A DNA stretch of 33,214 nucleotides from an uncultured Clostridia bacterium (GCA_947584775.1 CANPWT010000002.1:1-33214); one strand, 5' to 3'; counted from the first letter of the stretch, positions 24,116-33,214 are shown. The notes: generated by a model not told the origin, from the sequence alone. Numbers and translations: made by a program.

Positions 24116-27100
24116 ATGTTAAACTTAACCGATTGCCCATCAATTTATTCAGCACTTTATGGTGTTGCAAATTTTTGCCGTAAAACGGGCGAAGTGGTGG
24201 TGCTTGTGCCGGACAAACTTAGTCTTTTTATGGAAAAATTTGTTTTTGAACAATTAAATTTAACATCTAGTTTCGATATTTTAATAAGTACGCTAAATAG
24301 GTTTGCTAAAAAAACACTAACAATTGATAAATCAAAACAAATTTCAAAAAACGGCAGCATAATTTTAATACATAAAATTTTATCTGAAAACGGGGCAAAC
24401 TTTAAGGTTTTAAAAAGCGGAAATTATAATTATAGTTATGCTGAAAATATTTACGCCACAATTATGCAATTAAAGGCATCTAAAATTACGGCAAATGAAA
24501 TGTTTGGCTTTGAGTGCGAAAATAAAAATTTGCAAAATAAAATTTTAGATTTAGCACTAATTTATTCGCAGTATGAAGAGGGTAAGGCGGGGTTGCTTGA
24601 TAGTTCGGATCAATTTTTAATGTCCACGCTAACATTGGACAGAGATGTGCAAAATAAAAACATCCTATTTGTTGGGTTTGACGATTTTACCGAGATTGAA
24701 TATTCAATAATTGAACAATTAATTAAAAATAATAATGTTACAATTTTTAATTATAATTCTACTAGCACAAATAAATATATTTTTAACAGCGAAGTTTATG
24801 AACAACTTAAAAAAATTGCATACACTTGCGAACAACCATTTACCCACAACAATTTAGAAATTAAATGTGATGATTTTAAAGAGTTTTTATTTAAAAATCT
24901 ATACGCTATTAAAAAAGAAAATTTTAATTTATACCAAGAAAGGTTTAAAATTTATTCTGCAAACACACTGGACGAGGAAATAGAATTTATTGCGCGCGAT
25001 ATACGAACAAAAATCCTAAACGGAGCGAACTATGATGATTTTGGCGTTGCCGTTTTTAATTTGGATGGAAAAGAGGAAAAATTTAAAGAAATTTTTGCAA
25101 AATATCAAATAAATTATTATATTGATAACAATTTTACATTAAATAAAAGCATTTTTTATAAATTTTTAGTTGATATTTTAAAATATAGTATAAAAGGCAG
25201 TTCAGTTACAACTTTGATTGATATTATAAATTCGCCTTTCTTTTGCCTGGACGAATTAGATAAAGAAAAGTTGATTGATAGGCTAATTAACTTTAAATCT
25301 AGTTATAAGTCAGTTGCCAATTTCGATTTTGGGCAAGAATTAAGCGAACAAAAACAAAATTTAGTTAATTTTTTAAACATTTTTAAAATAAATAAAGCCA
25401 GCACGATAGAAAATTTTATAAAATTAATAAAAAATGCAGACAATTTACTTAATTTTAATCAAATTATTGAAGAAATTAATAAAAAAGTGGATTTAACCGA
25501 GCAAATTTTATTAACCAAATCTAGGGATGTAGTGTTGGAAGTGCTGGACGAAATAGAAAAATTTTACCCAAATGCAGATATGGAAATTGTGTTTGATGTG
25601 CTAACCCACATTGTATCCAGCGTAAAAATTAACAATTTGCCACTAACTATTGACGCCGTTAAGGTTGTAGAAGCGGGCGATAACATGGAAATTTTTAACA
25701 ACCTGTATTTAGCCAATGTAACTAAACAAGATGCGCCAAGCCTTAAATATGATTGTGGCATAATTTTAGATAATGAAATAGATAAATTGAATTTTGCGCA
25801 TAAACTTTCCCCAACAATTGCGCATTTGAACAAATTAAAAAGATTGCGTGTATTTAATGCGTTAACTTTGTTTGAAAATAGTTTAACATTGTCCTTTTCA
25901 GCCCCCTGTGCTGATTGTGTAACAGACTTGGCAAAATTTATTAAAATTAACAAAAAGTCAGTAAAAATTTATTCCAAATTTAATTACTCAGTTCATCAAA
26001 TTCTTTCAACGGACGATTTAATTGATTTTGCTTCAACAAATAAAATAAATTTAAAAAATGAGTTGAAAAACAACAAAAAATGCGCAAAAAATGATGAAAA
26101 TAATGAATTTTTTAAAAATTTTTACAATTTAACCACAAATAGAATTCCACAAATTTTAAATAATAAAAACATTTTTAAAGATTTAAAAAACATTTCCCCT
26201 TCCCAACTTGAAAGTTATTTTGTCTGCCCATTTAGTTCGTTTTTAAAATATAGTTTAAGAATTAAGCCAAGAATGGCGGACAATGTTCAAACTTTTGATG
26301 TGGGCAACATACTGCACGAAATTTTGCGAGATTATTATGCAAAAGCCTGTGATGTTGGCGATATTTATGAATTTTGCAAAAATAAAGTTTTTGATTATGT
26401 TAAAAATGTGGAGAGGTTAAAATTAGATATCTCCAACCCAATGCTTATAAACTTAATTGATGAGGCGGTCAGGGTGATATCTGGCATGCAATACATAGAT
26501 AAAAACACTAAATTTATGCCTTTTAAGCAAGAATTTGAATTTAACAATAACTTTGCATTAAAATTAAAGGACGCAAACATCATTGGCAAGGTGGACCGCA
26601 TTGATAAATATAACGACCTATATCGTATTGTGGACTATAAATCGGGCAAGGTGGACACTAATTTGGCCGAACTTTATTACGGCAACAAACTGCAATTGTT
26701 TTTATATTCGCTTGCAGTGGAAAATATTTTTGGCAAAACGGTGGGTTGCTTTTATTTGCCATTGCATAACGAATACACAGTAAAAGAGGGCAACAATTAC
26801 GCGCTAAAAGGCTATTTTATTAATGATAGCGATGTTGTTTCTATGCTAGATAATAGGTTAGAGCCGCTTAAAAAAAGCGACATTGTTAACATCGCCGCAA
26901 CTAAGGAAATGACCGCGCGCCGAATAATAAATTACGATTTTGAAAACCTTAAAAATTACACCCTGCGCCTAACAAACAATGCAATATCAGACATAAAATC
27001 TGGCTACATTTCGCCAAGCCCAAGCGAGGTTAGTTCGCCTTGTAAATATTGCGAATTTGCCAGCATTTGCCTGCCAAAAAGTTCGTCAGTAAAAGAGCGC

Positions 27101-27157
27101 GTCTGCAACAAAGTTAACGGGGAATCGTTTAAGGAGGTGGAAGATGAAAAAATTTGA
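24116..27157 (+). CDS. addB: Helicase-nuclease complex subunit B (AddB/RexB)
   Basis: C-terminal PD-(D/E)XK nuclease motif (GKVDRID..VDYKSGK). Four Fe-S cluster cysteines (FVCPFSSF ... SPCKYCEFASIC). Positioned immediately upstream of addA and overlapping it. The ATG at 24116 is preferred to the TTG at 24098. Confidence 0.88.
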   Translation: MLNLTDCPSIYSALYGVANFCRKTGEVVVLVPDKLSLFMEKFVFEQLNLTSSFDILISTLNRFAKKTLTIDKSKQISKNGSIILIHKILSENGANFKVLKSGNYNYSYAENIYATIMQLKASKITANEMFGFECENKNLQNKILDLALIYSQYEEGKAGLLDSSDQFLMSTLTLDRDVQNKNILFVGFDDFTEIEYSIIEQLIKNNNVTIFNYNSTSTNKYIFNSEVYEQLKKIAYTCEQPFTHNNLEIKCDDFKEFLFKNLYAIKKENFNLYQERFKIYSANTLDEEIEFIARDIRTKILNGANYDDFGVAVFNLDGKEEKFKEIFAKYQINYYIDNNFTLNKSIFYKFLVDILKYSIKGSSVTTLIDIINSPFFCLDELDKEKLIDRLINFKSSYKSVANFDFGQELSEQKQNLVNFLNIFKINKASTIENFIKLIKNADNLLNFNQIIEEINKKVDLTEQILLTKSRDVVLEVLDEIEKFYPNADMEIVFDVLTHIVSSVKINNLPLTIDAVKVVEAGDNMEIFNNLYLANVTKQDAPSLKYDCGIILDNEIDKLNFAHKLSPTIAHLNKLKRLRVFNALTLFENSLTLSFSAPCADCVTDLAKFIKINKKSVKIYSKFNYSVHQILSTDDLIDFASTNKINLKNELKNNKKCAKNDENNEFFKNFYNLTTNRIPQILNNKNIFKDLKNISPSQLESYFVCPFSSFLKYSLRIKPRMADNVQTFDVGNILHEILRDYYAKACDVGDIYEFCKNKVFDYVKNVERLKLDISNPMLINLIDEAVRVISGMQYIDKNTKFMPFKQEFEFNNNFALKLKDANIIGKVDRIDKYNDLYRIVDYKSGKVDTNLAELYYGNKLQLFLYSLAVENIFGKTVGCFYLPLHNEYTVKEGNNYALKGYFINDSDVVSMLDNRLEPLKKSDIVNIAATKEMTARRIINYDFENLKNYTLRLTNNAISDIKSGYISPSPSEVSSPCKYCEFASICLPKSSSVKERVCNKVNGESFKEVEDEKI

Positions 27158-30100
27158 GCCAATTCAACAACAAATCCTTGACTCGACAAGCAAAAACCAA
27201 CTGGTCAGCGCGGGTGCGGGCAGCGGCAAAACAACTGTAATGATACAAAAAATTGCAAACATAATTTTATCTTCGGGCGATATTGATTCACTTTTAGTTG
27301 TAACCTTTACAACGCTTGCCAGCAACGAAATGAAAGATAGGCTAATTAGTTTTTTGCAAGACGAATTAAATAAAACAGATAGTAACAAAGAACAAATTTT
27401 ATCCCTGCTTGAAAAGGTTAAAACTGCCAGCATAGACACGATTGACGGATTTAGTTCTAAAACAATAAAAAAATATTTTTACGAGTTAAACATTTCACCT
27501 AACATAGAAATTTTGTCCGACACCACCAAAGATTATTATTTAACCATTGCAATGAAGCGCACAATTAAAGAATATTCGCAAAATTTTAACAACTTTAATG
27601 TGTTGTTAGATTTATTTGGCGGCAACACGCGCAGTGAAAAGGCACTAACTAGCATTATTTTAGATTGCTTTAACAATGTTATAAATTTAATAGACTACAA
27701 CAAATTTTTATCTGACTCGCTTGAAGAGTATAAAAATTGCAAAAATAGCAAAAAAATTGTAAAAAATTATATAATTTACATAAAAAATAAGGCAAAAAAT
27801 AAAATTATTGAAAATAATTATAATTTCCCAACCGATGTTAACAACAAAATTTTAAGTATTGTGGGCGAGTTAGATAGACTTAACGAAAATTTAAGTTTAG
27901 AAGAAATTATTGCAAATTTATTAACGCTAAATTTTGCCACATTTACCAGAAAGGAAACGAGCGAGTATCCACAATTAAAGGAAATTAAAACAAGTCTAAC
28001 CCCTATTTTGGGTTTAATTAAAACTTTTAACGAAAACGGAATAAATGAAAAATTTTTACAATACTCCCAAAAAATTGTTGAATATTACACATATTTTGTG
28101 GAAATTTTAAAAATTTTTATAAAAAATTACAACGAAATTAAATTAAAAAACAATTTAATAGACTTTAACGATTTAAACCGTTTAATGTTAAAACTTTTAG
28201 AAAACGATACAGTTAAATCCGAGTTAATTAACAAATATCGCTACATTTTTGTTGACGAATATCAAGATATAAATCCGTTGCAAGATAAGTTAATAAAACA
28301 ACTAACTGGCGAAAACACAACCCTATTTACAGTGGGGGATGTTAAGCAGTCCATTTATGGGTTTAGGGGCAGCAGCCCAGAGTGGTTTTTAAATCAGTAT
28401 AACGATATGAAAAATGCCAACACGGGCGAAGCCTTTGACATGAACATCAATTTTAGGTCTAACCCAAAAATATTGGAATTTGTAAACGATATTTTTACCC
28501 GCCTAATGACAAAAAAAGATAGCGATATCGACTATTTAAACAGTTCAGTTATCGAGCCAAAGCGTGTGGACATTGTGGACGACAAAGTTAAAATTATGGC
28601 TGTGGTCAAGCAAAACGAAAAACCGCTTGCAACCGGCATTTACAGCGTGAAAAAAACATCTAGTGCAGTTGCAGACAAAAGCGAGGCATTGCTTGTTGCA
28701 AAAAGCATTACTGAATTAATTAACACCACCTTTTATGACGCCAACTTAAAAGAATATCGCACATTAACATACAAGGACATTGCAATTTTAACCCGTTCGG
28801 AGAACGATGACGGCGTAAAACTTTTGTGCGAAGTGCTTAGGCAAAACACCATTCCAATAAAACTTAACAACAAATTGACGGTTTCAAAAAGCGAGGGCGT
28901 AAAATTAATTTTATCAATACTAAAATGCGTCACCAACACGGCGGACGATGTGGATGTTTTGTCGGCATATATGGCTTTGTCGCATTTATCTATTGACGAA
29001 CTTGCCGCTTTTAGAGATAAATCTATAAGTTTAAAAGAGGATTTTAAAAAGAATATAGCCAATACTAACATTAGCATGGCGCAACAAAATTTAAACAAAA
29101 TTAAAACACAAAGTTACACAAAAACTAACAGCGAATTAATCCGCTACATTTTAAACGATTTGCAAGTAAAATTTTATTTGCTAAGTAAAAGTGATGGCCA
29201 AAAAGAAGTGGAGGCAATAACCGAAAGTTTAAACAAACTTACCAGCATTGAAAATAATGTAAGCCTAGCCGAATTTATAGACATTGTGGAAAGCAATATT
29301 TCCCGCGGGAGCGATGTGGTAAGCCAGGACAGCGAAGATAGTGTTTCCATTATGACCATACACAAAAGCAAGGGATTGGAATTCCCGGTTGTAATTTTGT
29401 ATGAGGCGGGCAAGCGCTTTACATATATAAGTGAACATAACCTTATAAACTTTAACCAGAATATCGGTTTTGGCATGGATTATTTTGATAGAATTAACCG
29501 CACCAAGGCCATGAGTTTGCCAAAATATGCAATAAAAATAACCAATGCGCAAAAGGGCTATAAAGAGGAATTAAGGCTGCTTTACGTTGCCTTAACCCGT
29601 GCCAAAAATAAGTTGATAATAACAGGGGAGTATACCCCGAGCGAAAACGGCATAACAAAAAATAGTTATTTGAACATGATTTTATCTTGTTTTATAGATA
29701 GTTGCACAAACCAATTTAACGAATTTGAAAATTGTCAAATTAATTTTTACAACCAGGTTGAAGAATTAAATATAAACAAGCAAAAAGATGCATTTTCTGT
29801 TCCGTATCAAATTGTTGCGCTAGATTACGCCTACCCAAACGCAAACAAGTTTAACATTCCGTTTAAAAACACGGTTACTGGGTTAAATTCTAAAAAAAGT
29901 GAAACGGAAAGTTTTAGTTTGCCAAAATGGATTAACAAAAAAATGCAATACGAGCAAGAGGACCGCGCCCAAATAGGCACAGAATATCATAAGGCACTAG
30001 AAATGTTGGATTTAACAAAACCTTACGAGCAAAATTCAAATTTCAACATGGTGGATTATAGCAAAATTAAACTAGCCCATAGCGTGTTAAGCGGTTTAGC

Positions 30101-30398
30101 AAAGGATAGTGTTAGTATAAAAAAAGAGGCGGAATTTATGATGTATTTGCCATACAATCAACTAGTGGATAGCCCAATTACAGATAAAGTTTTGGTGCAA
30201 GGCGTGGTGGATTTGTTAATAGAAAAGGCAGATAGTTTTATTTTGGTGGATTATAAATTTTCCTCCCTTCCTGCGCATGTTTTAAAACAAAAATACGCCG
30301 AACAACTAAATTTGTATAAACTTGCAATAGAAAAAGCGTACAACAAAAAAGTTGAACATATGTACATATATTCAATCAACAGTGGGGAACTTGTTTGA
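27144..30398 (+). CDS. addA: ATP-dependent helicase/nuclease subunit A (AddA/RexA)
   Basis: SD AGGAGG. UvrD-type motif I AGAGSGKT, motif II VDEYQD, and a C-terminal nuclease motif (VDLL..LVDYK). Confidence 0.93.
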   Translation: MKKFEPIQQQILDSTSKNQLVSAGAGSGKTTVMIQKIANIILSSGDIDSLLVVTFTTLASNEMKDRLISFLQDELNKTDSNKEQILSLLEKVKTASIDTIDGFSSKTIKKYFYELNISPNIEILSDTTKDYYLTIAMKRTIKEYSQNFNNFNVLLDLFGGNTRSEKALTSIILDCFNNVINLIDYNKFLSDSLEEYKNCKNSKKIVKNYIIYIKNKAKNKIIENNYNFPTDVNNKILSIVGELDRLNENLSLEEIIANLLTLNFATFTRKETSEYPQLKEIKTSLTPILGLIKTFNENGINEKFLQYSQKIVEYYTYFVEILKIFIKNYNEIKLKNNLIDFNDLNRLMLKLLENDTVKSELINKYRYIFVDEYQDINPLQDKLIKQLTGENTTLFTVGDVKQSIYGFRGSSPEWFLNQYNDMKNANTGEAFDMNINFRSNPKILEFVNDIFTRLMTKKDSDIDYLNSSVIEPKRVDIVDDKVKIMAVVKQNEKPLATGIYSVKKTSSAVADKSEALLVAKSITELINTTFYDANLKEYRTLTYKDIAILTRSENDDGVKLLCEVLRQNTIPIKLNNKLTVSKSEGVKLILSILKCVTNTADDVDVLSAYMALSHLSIDELAAFRDKSISLKEDFKKNIANTNISMAQQNLNKIKTQSYTKTNSELIRYILNDLQVKFYLLSKSDGQKEVEAITESLNKLTSIENNVSLAEFIDIVESNISRGSDVVSQDSEDSVSIMTIHKSKGLEFPVVILYEAGKRFTYISEHNLINFNQNIGFGMDYFDRINRTKAMSLPKYAIKITNAQKGYKEELRLLYVALTRAKNKLIITGEYTPSENGITKNSYLNMILSCFIDSCTNQFNEFENCQINFYNQVEELNINKQKDAFSVPYQIVALDYAYPNANKFNIPFKNTVTGLNSKKSETESFSLPKWINKKMQYEQEDRAQIGTEYHKALEMLDLTKPYEQNSNFNMVDYSKIKLAHSVLSGLAKDSVSIKKEAEFMMYLPYNQLVDSPITDKVLVQGVVDLLIEKADSFILVDYKFSSLPAHVLKQKYAEQLNLYKLAIEKAYNKKVEHMYIYSINSGELV

Positions 30399-30484
30399 TA
30401 TGAGGGCGCGCGTTGCAAACGGCATTCTAGATTATTTGTCCCAAGCATTCACAATTACGCCTTCACTTATTTGCTCCTTCTTCT

Positions 30485-30513
30485 ATGAAGGAGCACCGAG
30501 GGTTCTCCTTCAT
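30485..30513. repeat. 29-nt hairpin module; inverted relative of 529..557
   Basis: ATGAAGGAG-CACCGAGGGTT-CTCCTTCAT matches about 26/29 positions of the reverse complement of 529..557. Confidence 0.75.
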
Positions 30514-30524
30514 TGCTTCTTCTC

Positions 30525-30664
30525 CGCGTCACAAACGGCACTTTTGCTAGTTTGCAAGGTGTTGCAAACATAATCCTTTTCTAATTTAAGAACCTTATGG
30601 AGTAGGAGTAATGAGGGAGAACTTTGCGGTCTCCCTCATATAAGTTACTTGTTTGTTCCTTTTC
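30525..30664 (+). repeat. Composite repeat homologous to 443..570, containing hairpin 30611..30639
   Basis: CGCGTCACAAACGGCACTTTTGCTAGTTTGCAAGGTGTTGCAAACATA..CCTTATGGAGTAGGAGTA + ATGAGGGAGAACTTTGCGGTCTCCCTCAT + ..GTTTGTTCCTTTT. Confidence 0.85.
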
Positions 30665-30775
30665 CCCACAAAACTTTTGGTTTCGCGGGGACCCCGTAAA
30701 ATGTTCTCCCTCATCCTCTTTCCCAAAAGGTCGAGAATTGTTATGTATACAAGAGGGCGCAAAGTTCTCCTTATT

Positions 30776-30862
30776 GTCATTCCGACCAAGCGTCAGCGCG
30801 TGGAGTGAATCTAATATTTTCATCAGAGATACGCTCGGTTCGTTTCACTCGCTCGGTATGAC
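30776..30862. repeat. Two facing 37-nt GAGAT..ATGAC-family modules (30776..30812 inverted, 30826..30862 forward)
   Basis: Related to 129..165 and to the reverse complement of 351..387. Confidence 0.75.
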
Positions 30863-30867
30863 AAGGC

Positions 30868-30996
30868 CACAAACTGCACTTTTGTTCATTTACTGCAAAT
30901 GTTCGCTCGTCGCAAATGGCACTTTTACTCATTACTGCAAGTGTATCTCGCGTTCAAACGGCGATTTTGTTCCTTTGCTCACAAATTTCAGTCATT
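30868..30996 (+). repeat. Three contiguous degenerate 43-nt units of the CACAAACNGCACTTTTG..TGCAA family
   Basis: Units at 30868..30910, 30911..30953 and 30954..30996. The same family occurs at 169..211, 447..489, 565..607 and 30529..30571. Confidence 0.7.
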
Positions 30997-31049
30997 GCTT
31001 GGTATTGCTACAAAGTAAATTCTTATGGGGTTTTATATAAAAAGCGGGG

Positions 31050-31268
31050 TTATTGTTCGTCTAATTCGTTAAGTTTTATGTTGTATTGGTTAATTAACGG
31101 AATATAGTCGTCCCACATATATTCGCGGATGGGGATTGGCTTATGGTTGTCAAAATAAAACACCAGGGCGGGCGAGATGTGGTGATAATCTTTAAACATG
31201 GTTGCCGCCAGGCAGTGACCGGAATTAATCAGCCTCTTTGCAATGGCGTGATAATTGTAATAACTCAT
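31050..31268 (-). CDS. Hypothetical small protein (72 aa)
   Basis: Clean ORF with ordinary, non-low-complexity amino-acid composition. TAAAAT lies 6 nt upstream of the ATG and there is no SD. Confidence 0.6.
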   Translation of the reverse strand: MSYYNYHAIAKRLINSGHCLAATMFKDYHHISPALVFYFDNHKPIPIREYMWDDYIPLINQYNIKLNELDEQ

Positions 31269-31632
31269 ACCATTATTTTAACTAAAAATGGCTATTTTAT
31301 TAAAATCAACCAAATTTTCACTTCCGCCCAAAGTCAAACTGGCAAAAGCAAAAAAATAATAAAAAAAATCAAACATAAAATTCTTAATTTTTGAGTTTTT
31401 TCTAGCATTTTTACCTCATGTTTGAAAAATTTACAAAAATTATTGATTTTTTTATTAGATATTATAATTGTAAGCAGGAGTAGTTAAAAAAACGAAAGTT
31501 CACTTTTTAAAAGCCGGCTTTTTTTATTTGTTGAATGATCCTAACAAAAAGGCTGTAATTTCATATATTGCTTTTATTCAATTTGTATAGTGTTTTTTTA
31601 AAAACAAATTTAAGGCTCAAAAACAAACAATT

Positions 31633-31659
31633 AAAAAGATGCACAGATGTGCATCTTTT
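31633..31659. terminator. Bidirectional terminator downstream of the membrane-protein gene
   Basis: A5-GATGCAC-AGAT-GTGCATC-T4. Confidence 0.8.
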
Positions 31660-31678
31660 GGTTTTATACATATCGGTT

Positions 31679-32191
31679 TTACATATTGGTTATTTCTATT
31701 TCGCCTGTCTTTTTATATTTATCTTCAATTTTATTATATGTTTTATTTAAAGCAATAAACCTATAAACAAAATAGCCGCAAACGGCAAGCACAAACACCG
31801 CCATAACTGCATAATGCACCGGGGTGATAGTAAGTTCAAAGGCGGTTGGTGCGCGGTAAACCACTTTTTTAACTAAAAGATTGTCGCACTCGGCCTTGGT
31901 TTTATATTCATTTGCTTGGGCAGACCAATTTGAACTGCCGTCATTTTCCAACCTATCTTCGTTATAATAAATTACAAAATATTTATCTTCCGCTTCTTTA
32001 ATGCAATAAGCAACTGTAACATCGCTTTGAATAAATGCACGGTCGCTTTTGGTTTTAAGCGCGTTTAAATTTATTCCATAAATCATGCCCTCCATTAAAA
32101 TAATGGCAAGGAAGGCCGCAAGAATGCCAATTATGGTTTTGATGCCGATTTCAATATTTTCCCTAAGCCTCATTTTTTTTATGAATTCCAT
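31679..32191 (-). CDS. Hypothetical membrane protein with two TM helices
   Basis: SD AGGAG. Hydrophobic segments IIGILAAFLAIILMEGMIYGI and VHYAVMAVFVLAVCGYFVY flank a soluble domain of about 90 aa. Confidence 0.75.
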   Translation of the reverse strand: MEFIKKMRLRENIEIGIKTIIGILAAFLAIILMEGMIYGINLNALKTKSDRAFIQSDVTVAYCIKEAEDKYFVIYYNEDRLENDGSSNWSAQANEYKTKAECDNLLVKKVVYRAPTAFELTITPVHYAVMAVFVLAVCGYFVYRFIALNKTYNKIEDKYKKTGEIEITNM

Positions 32192-32256
32192 AATATTCTC
32201 CTACTTATAATGATAATCAAAAATAAAAAAAAGTCAAAGATTTTAAGCCACTTCCT

Positions 32257-32284
32257 TTACAATTTGGCGCAATTATGATATATT
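32257..32284 (+). promoter_or_regulatory. Promoter with the -10 positioned 6 nt upstream of the GTG at 32291; candidate leaderless start
   Basis: TTACAA, 16 nt, TGaTATATT, TTTATT, GTG. Confidence 0.5.
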
Positions 32285-32290
32285 TTTATT

Positions 32291-32683
32291 GTGGAAGAAA
32301 AAAATATTAATCCAAGTTATTATAAAAACGCGTTAACTTTGTCCTTTTTAGGCGATGCTGTTTTTACGCTTAAAGTTAGGGAATATTTGGTTAAAAATAG
32401 CAACAACAAACTAAATATGCTAAACAAAACGGCAAATTCCATTGTTTGCGCAACAAACCAGGCGCAAATTATGTTGGGCTTAAAAGGGGACTTAGATGAG
32501 GACGAGTTAGACATTGTTACCCGAGCAAGGAACAGCCACACAAACAACAAAGCAAAGCACAGCACCTTGCAAGAGTATAACTTAGCAACACAGTTTGAAG
32601 CGCTTGTTGGCTATTGGTATTTAACCGGCAACACGCAAAAAATAGACGCCATGTTTAAAACTTGGGTGGAGGAAAGGCTATGA
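32291..32683 (+). CDS. mrnC: Mini-ribonuclease III
   Basis: NALTLSFLGDAVF (RNase III-like signature), ..TRARN..K.. and FEALVGYWYL resemble B. subtilis MrnC (YazC). Conserved synteny with rlmB downstream. Confidence 0.85.
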   Translation: MEEKNINPSYYKNALTLSFLGDAVFTLKVREYLVKNSNNKLNMLNKTANSIVCATNQAQIMLGLKGDLDEDELDIVTRARNSHTNNKAKHSTLQEYNLATQFEALVGYWYLTGNTQKIDAMFKTWVEERL

Positions 32684-33214
32684 TAGTTGACGGTATTAAC
32701 GTTGTTAGGGAACTATTAAAAAATTGCAAAGTTGTAGATAAAATTATTGCATTTGATAGCCCTAATGTGGAACTAAATAATGTGCTAGATAAAGCGCGCG
32801 GCATGGGCATAAAAGTGGAGGTTTTGCCAAAGGAAAAATTTTTTTCCAACTTTACCTCGCAGCAGGGCATTGTGGCGTTTATTCCAAACTTTAAATATTG
32901 CGAACTTAGCGATATTTTAGTGGTTTCTAAAAATAAATCCAGCAAAGCGTTTATTGTGATTTTAGACGGAATAGAGGACCCGCACAATTTAGGCGCAATT
33001 ATCCGCACGTGTGAGTGCGCGGGCGTGGATGGGATTATCATACCTAAAAACCGTGCAGTTGATGTTAATGCAACCGTATTTAAAACAAGTGCGGGCGCAG
33101 CCATACACACCAAAATTGCAATGGTAACAAACATCAATTCGGCAATAGAAACGCTAAAAAAAGCGGGCGTGTGGGTTTATGGCTTAGAGGCAGGCGAAAA
33201 ATCTATATATAACG
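32680..33214 (+). CDS. rlmB: 23S rRNA (guanosine-2'-O)-methyltransferase RlmB / TrmH-family, 5' partial (runs off the window); not in the supplied ORF track
   Basis: ATGA overlap with the mrnC stop, and SD GGAGGA. The hand translation MIVDGINVVRELL...ILDGIEDPHNLGAIIRTCECAGVDGIIIP...AGVWVYGLE shows SpoU/TrmH motifs. No stop occurs before the window end. Confidence 0.88.
   Translation, partial: MIVDGINVVRELLKNCKVVDKIIAFDSPNVELNNVLDKARGMGIKVEVLPKEKFFSNFTSQQGIVAFIPNFKYCELSDILVVSKNKSSKAFIVILDGIEDPHNLGAIIRTCECAGVDGIIIPKNRAVDVNATVFKTSAGAAIHTKIAMVTNINSAIETLKKAGVWVYGLEAGEKSIYN

Noticed and set aside
30868-30996. Possible CRISPR array suggested by the 43-nt periodicity
   Set aside because: The units are contiguous with no unique spacers, are degenerate (roughly 60-75 percent identical), and belong to the dispersed module family seen at 169..211. 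No cas genes are present in the window.
30352-31107. ORFs 30352..30573, 30624..31040, 30916..31107 and the minus-strand ORFs 30581..30823 and 30595..30789
   Set aside because: All lie entirely in the repeat cluster, overlap one another in different frames, and lack SDs. The translations follow the repeat units.
31443-31524. Possible small RNA (promoter-like TTGATT..TATAAT, then about 55 nt ending in the AAAAGCCGGCTTTTTTT hairpin)
   Set aside because: The -35/-10 spacing is poor (about 14 nt) and the stem is only 4-5 bp. This is too weak to call without expression data.
32655-33137. 160-aa minus-strand ORF
   Set aside because: It is antisense shadow of the rlmB reading frame, which has clear SpoU/TrmH motifs on the plus strand and is coupled to mrnC.

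Overview
The window is a 33.2 kb chromosomal segment that is AT-rich, with gene content and synteny resembling a low-GC, spore-forming Bacillota (Firmicutes) genome. The supporting genes are addB-addA, mrnC-rlmB, a BclA-like collagen-repeat protein and a YjzC-like small protein. In order, the window contains: a mosaic intergenic repeat cluster (1..750); a 2749-aa secreted giant protein behind a long GC-enriched leader; a cadC/cadA-type metal efflux operon with a duplicated operator; a ferritin-like gene split by one in-frame TAG; a collagen-like protein; an LD-carboxypeptidase; two alpha/beta hydrolases, the first frameshifted; a small Rossmann-like protein; tyrS; a decayed integrative-element remnant next to tRNA-Ser(GCU); a YjzC-like mini-gene absent from the ORF track; an ABC half-transporter; addB/addA; a second repeat cluster built from the same modules as the first; two small genes; mrnC; and the 5' part of rlmB, also absent from the ORF track. 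The most interesting signal is upstream of tyrS. A 15-codon leader ORF with five consecutive Tyr codons is followed by mutually exclusive antiterminator and terminator hairpins and a second terminator, with no T-box motif. This looks like ribosome-mediated, leader-peptide attenuation of a tyrosyl-tRNA synthetase gene. A second recurrent signal is that five to six genes have a -10 box exactly 6 nt upstream of the start codon and no Shine-Dalgarno sequence, which suggests leaderless mRNAs. All calls come from reading the sequence and translations by eye; no database search was run.
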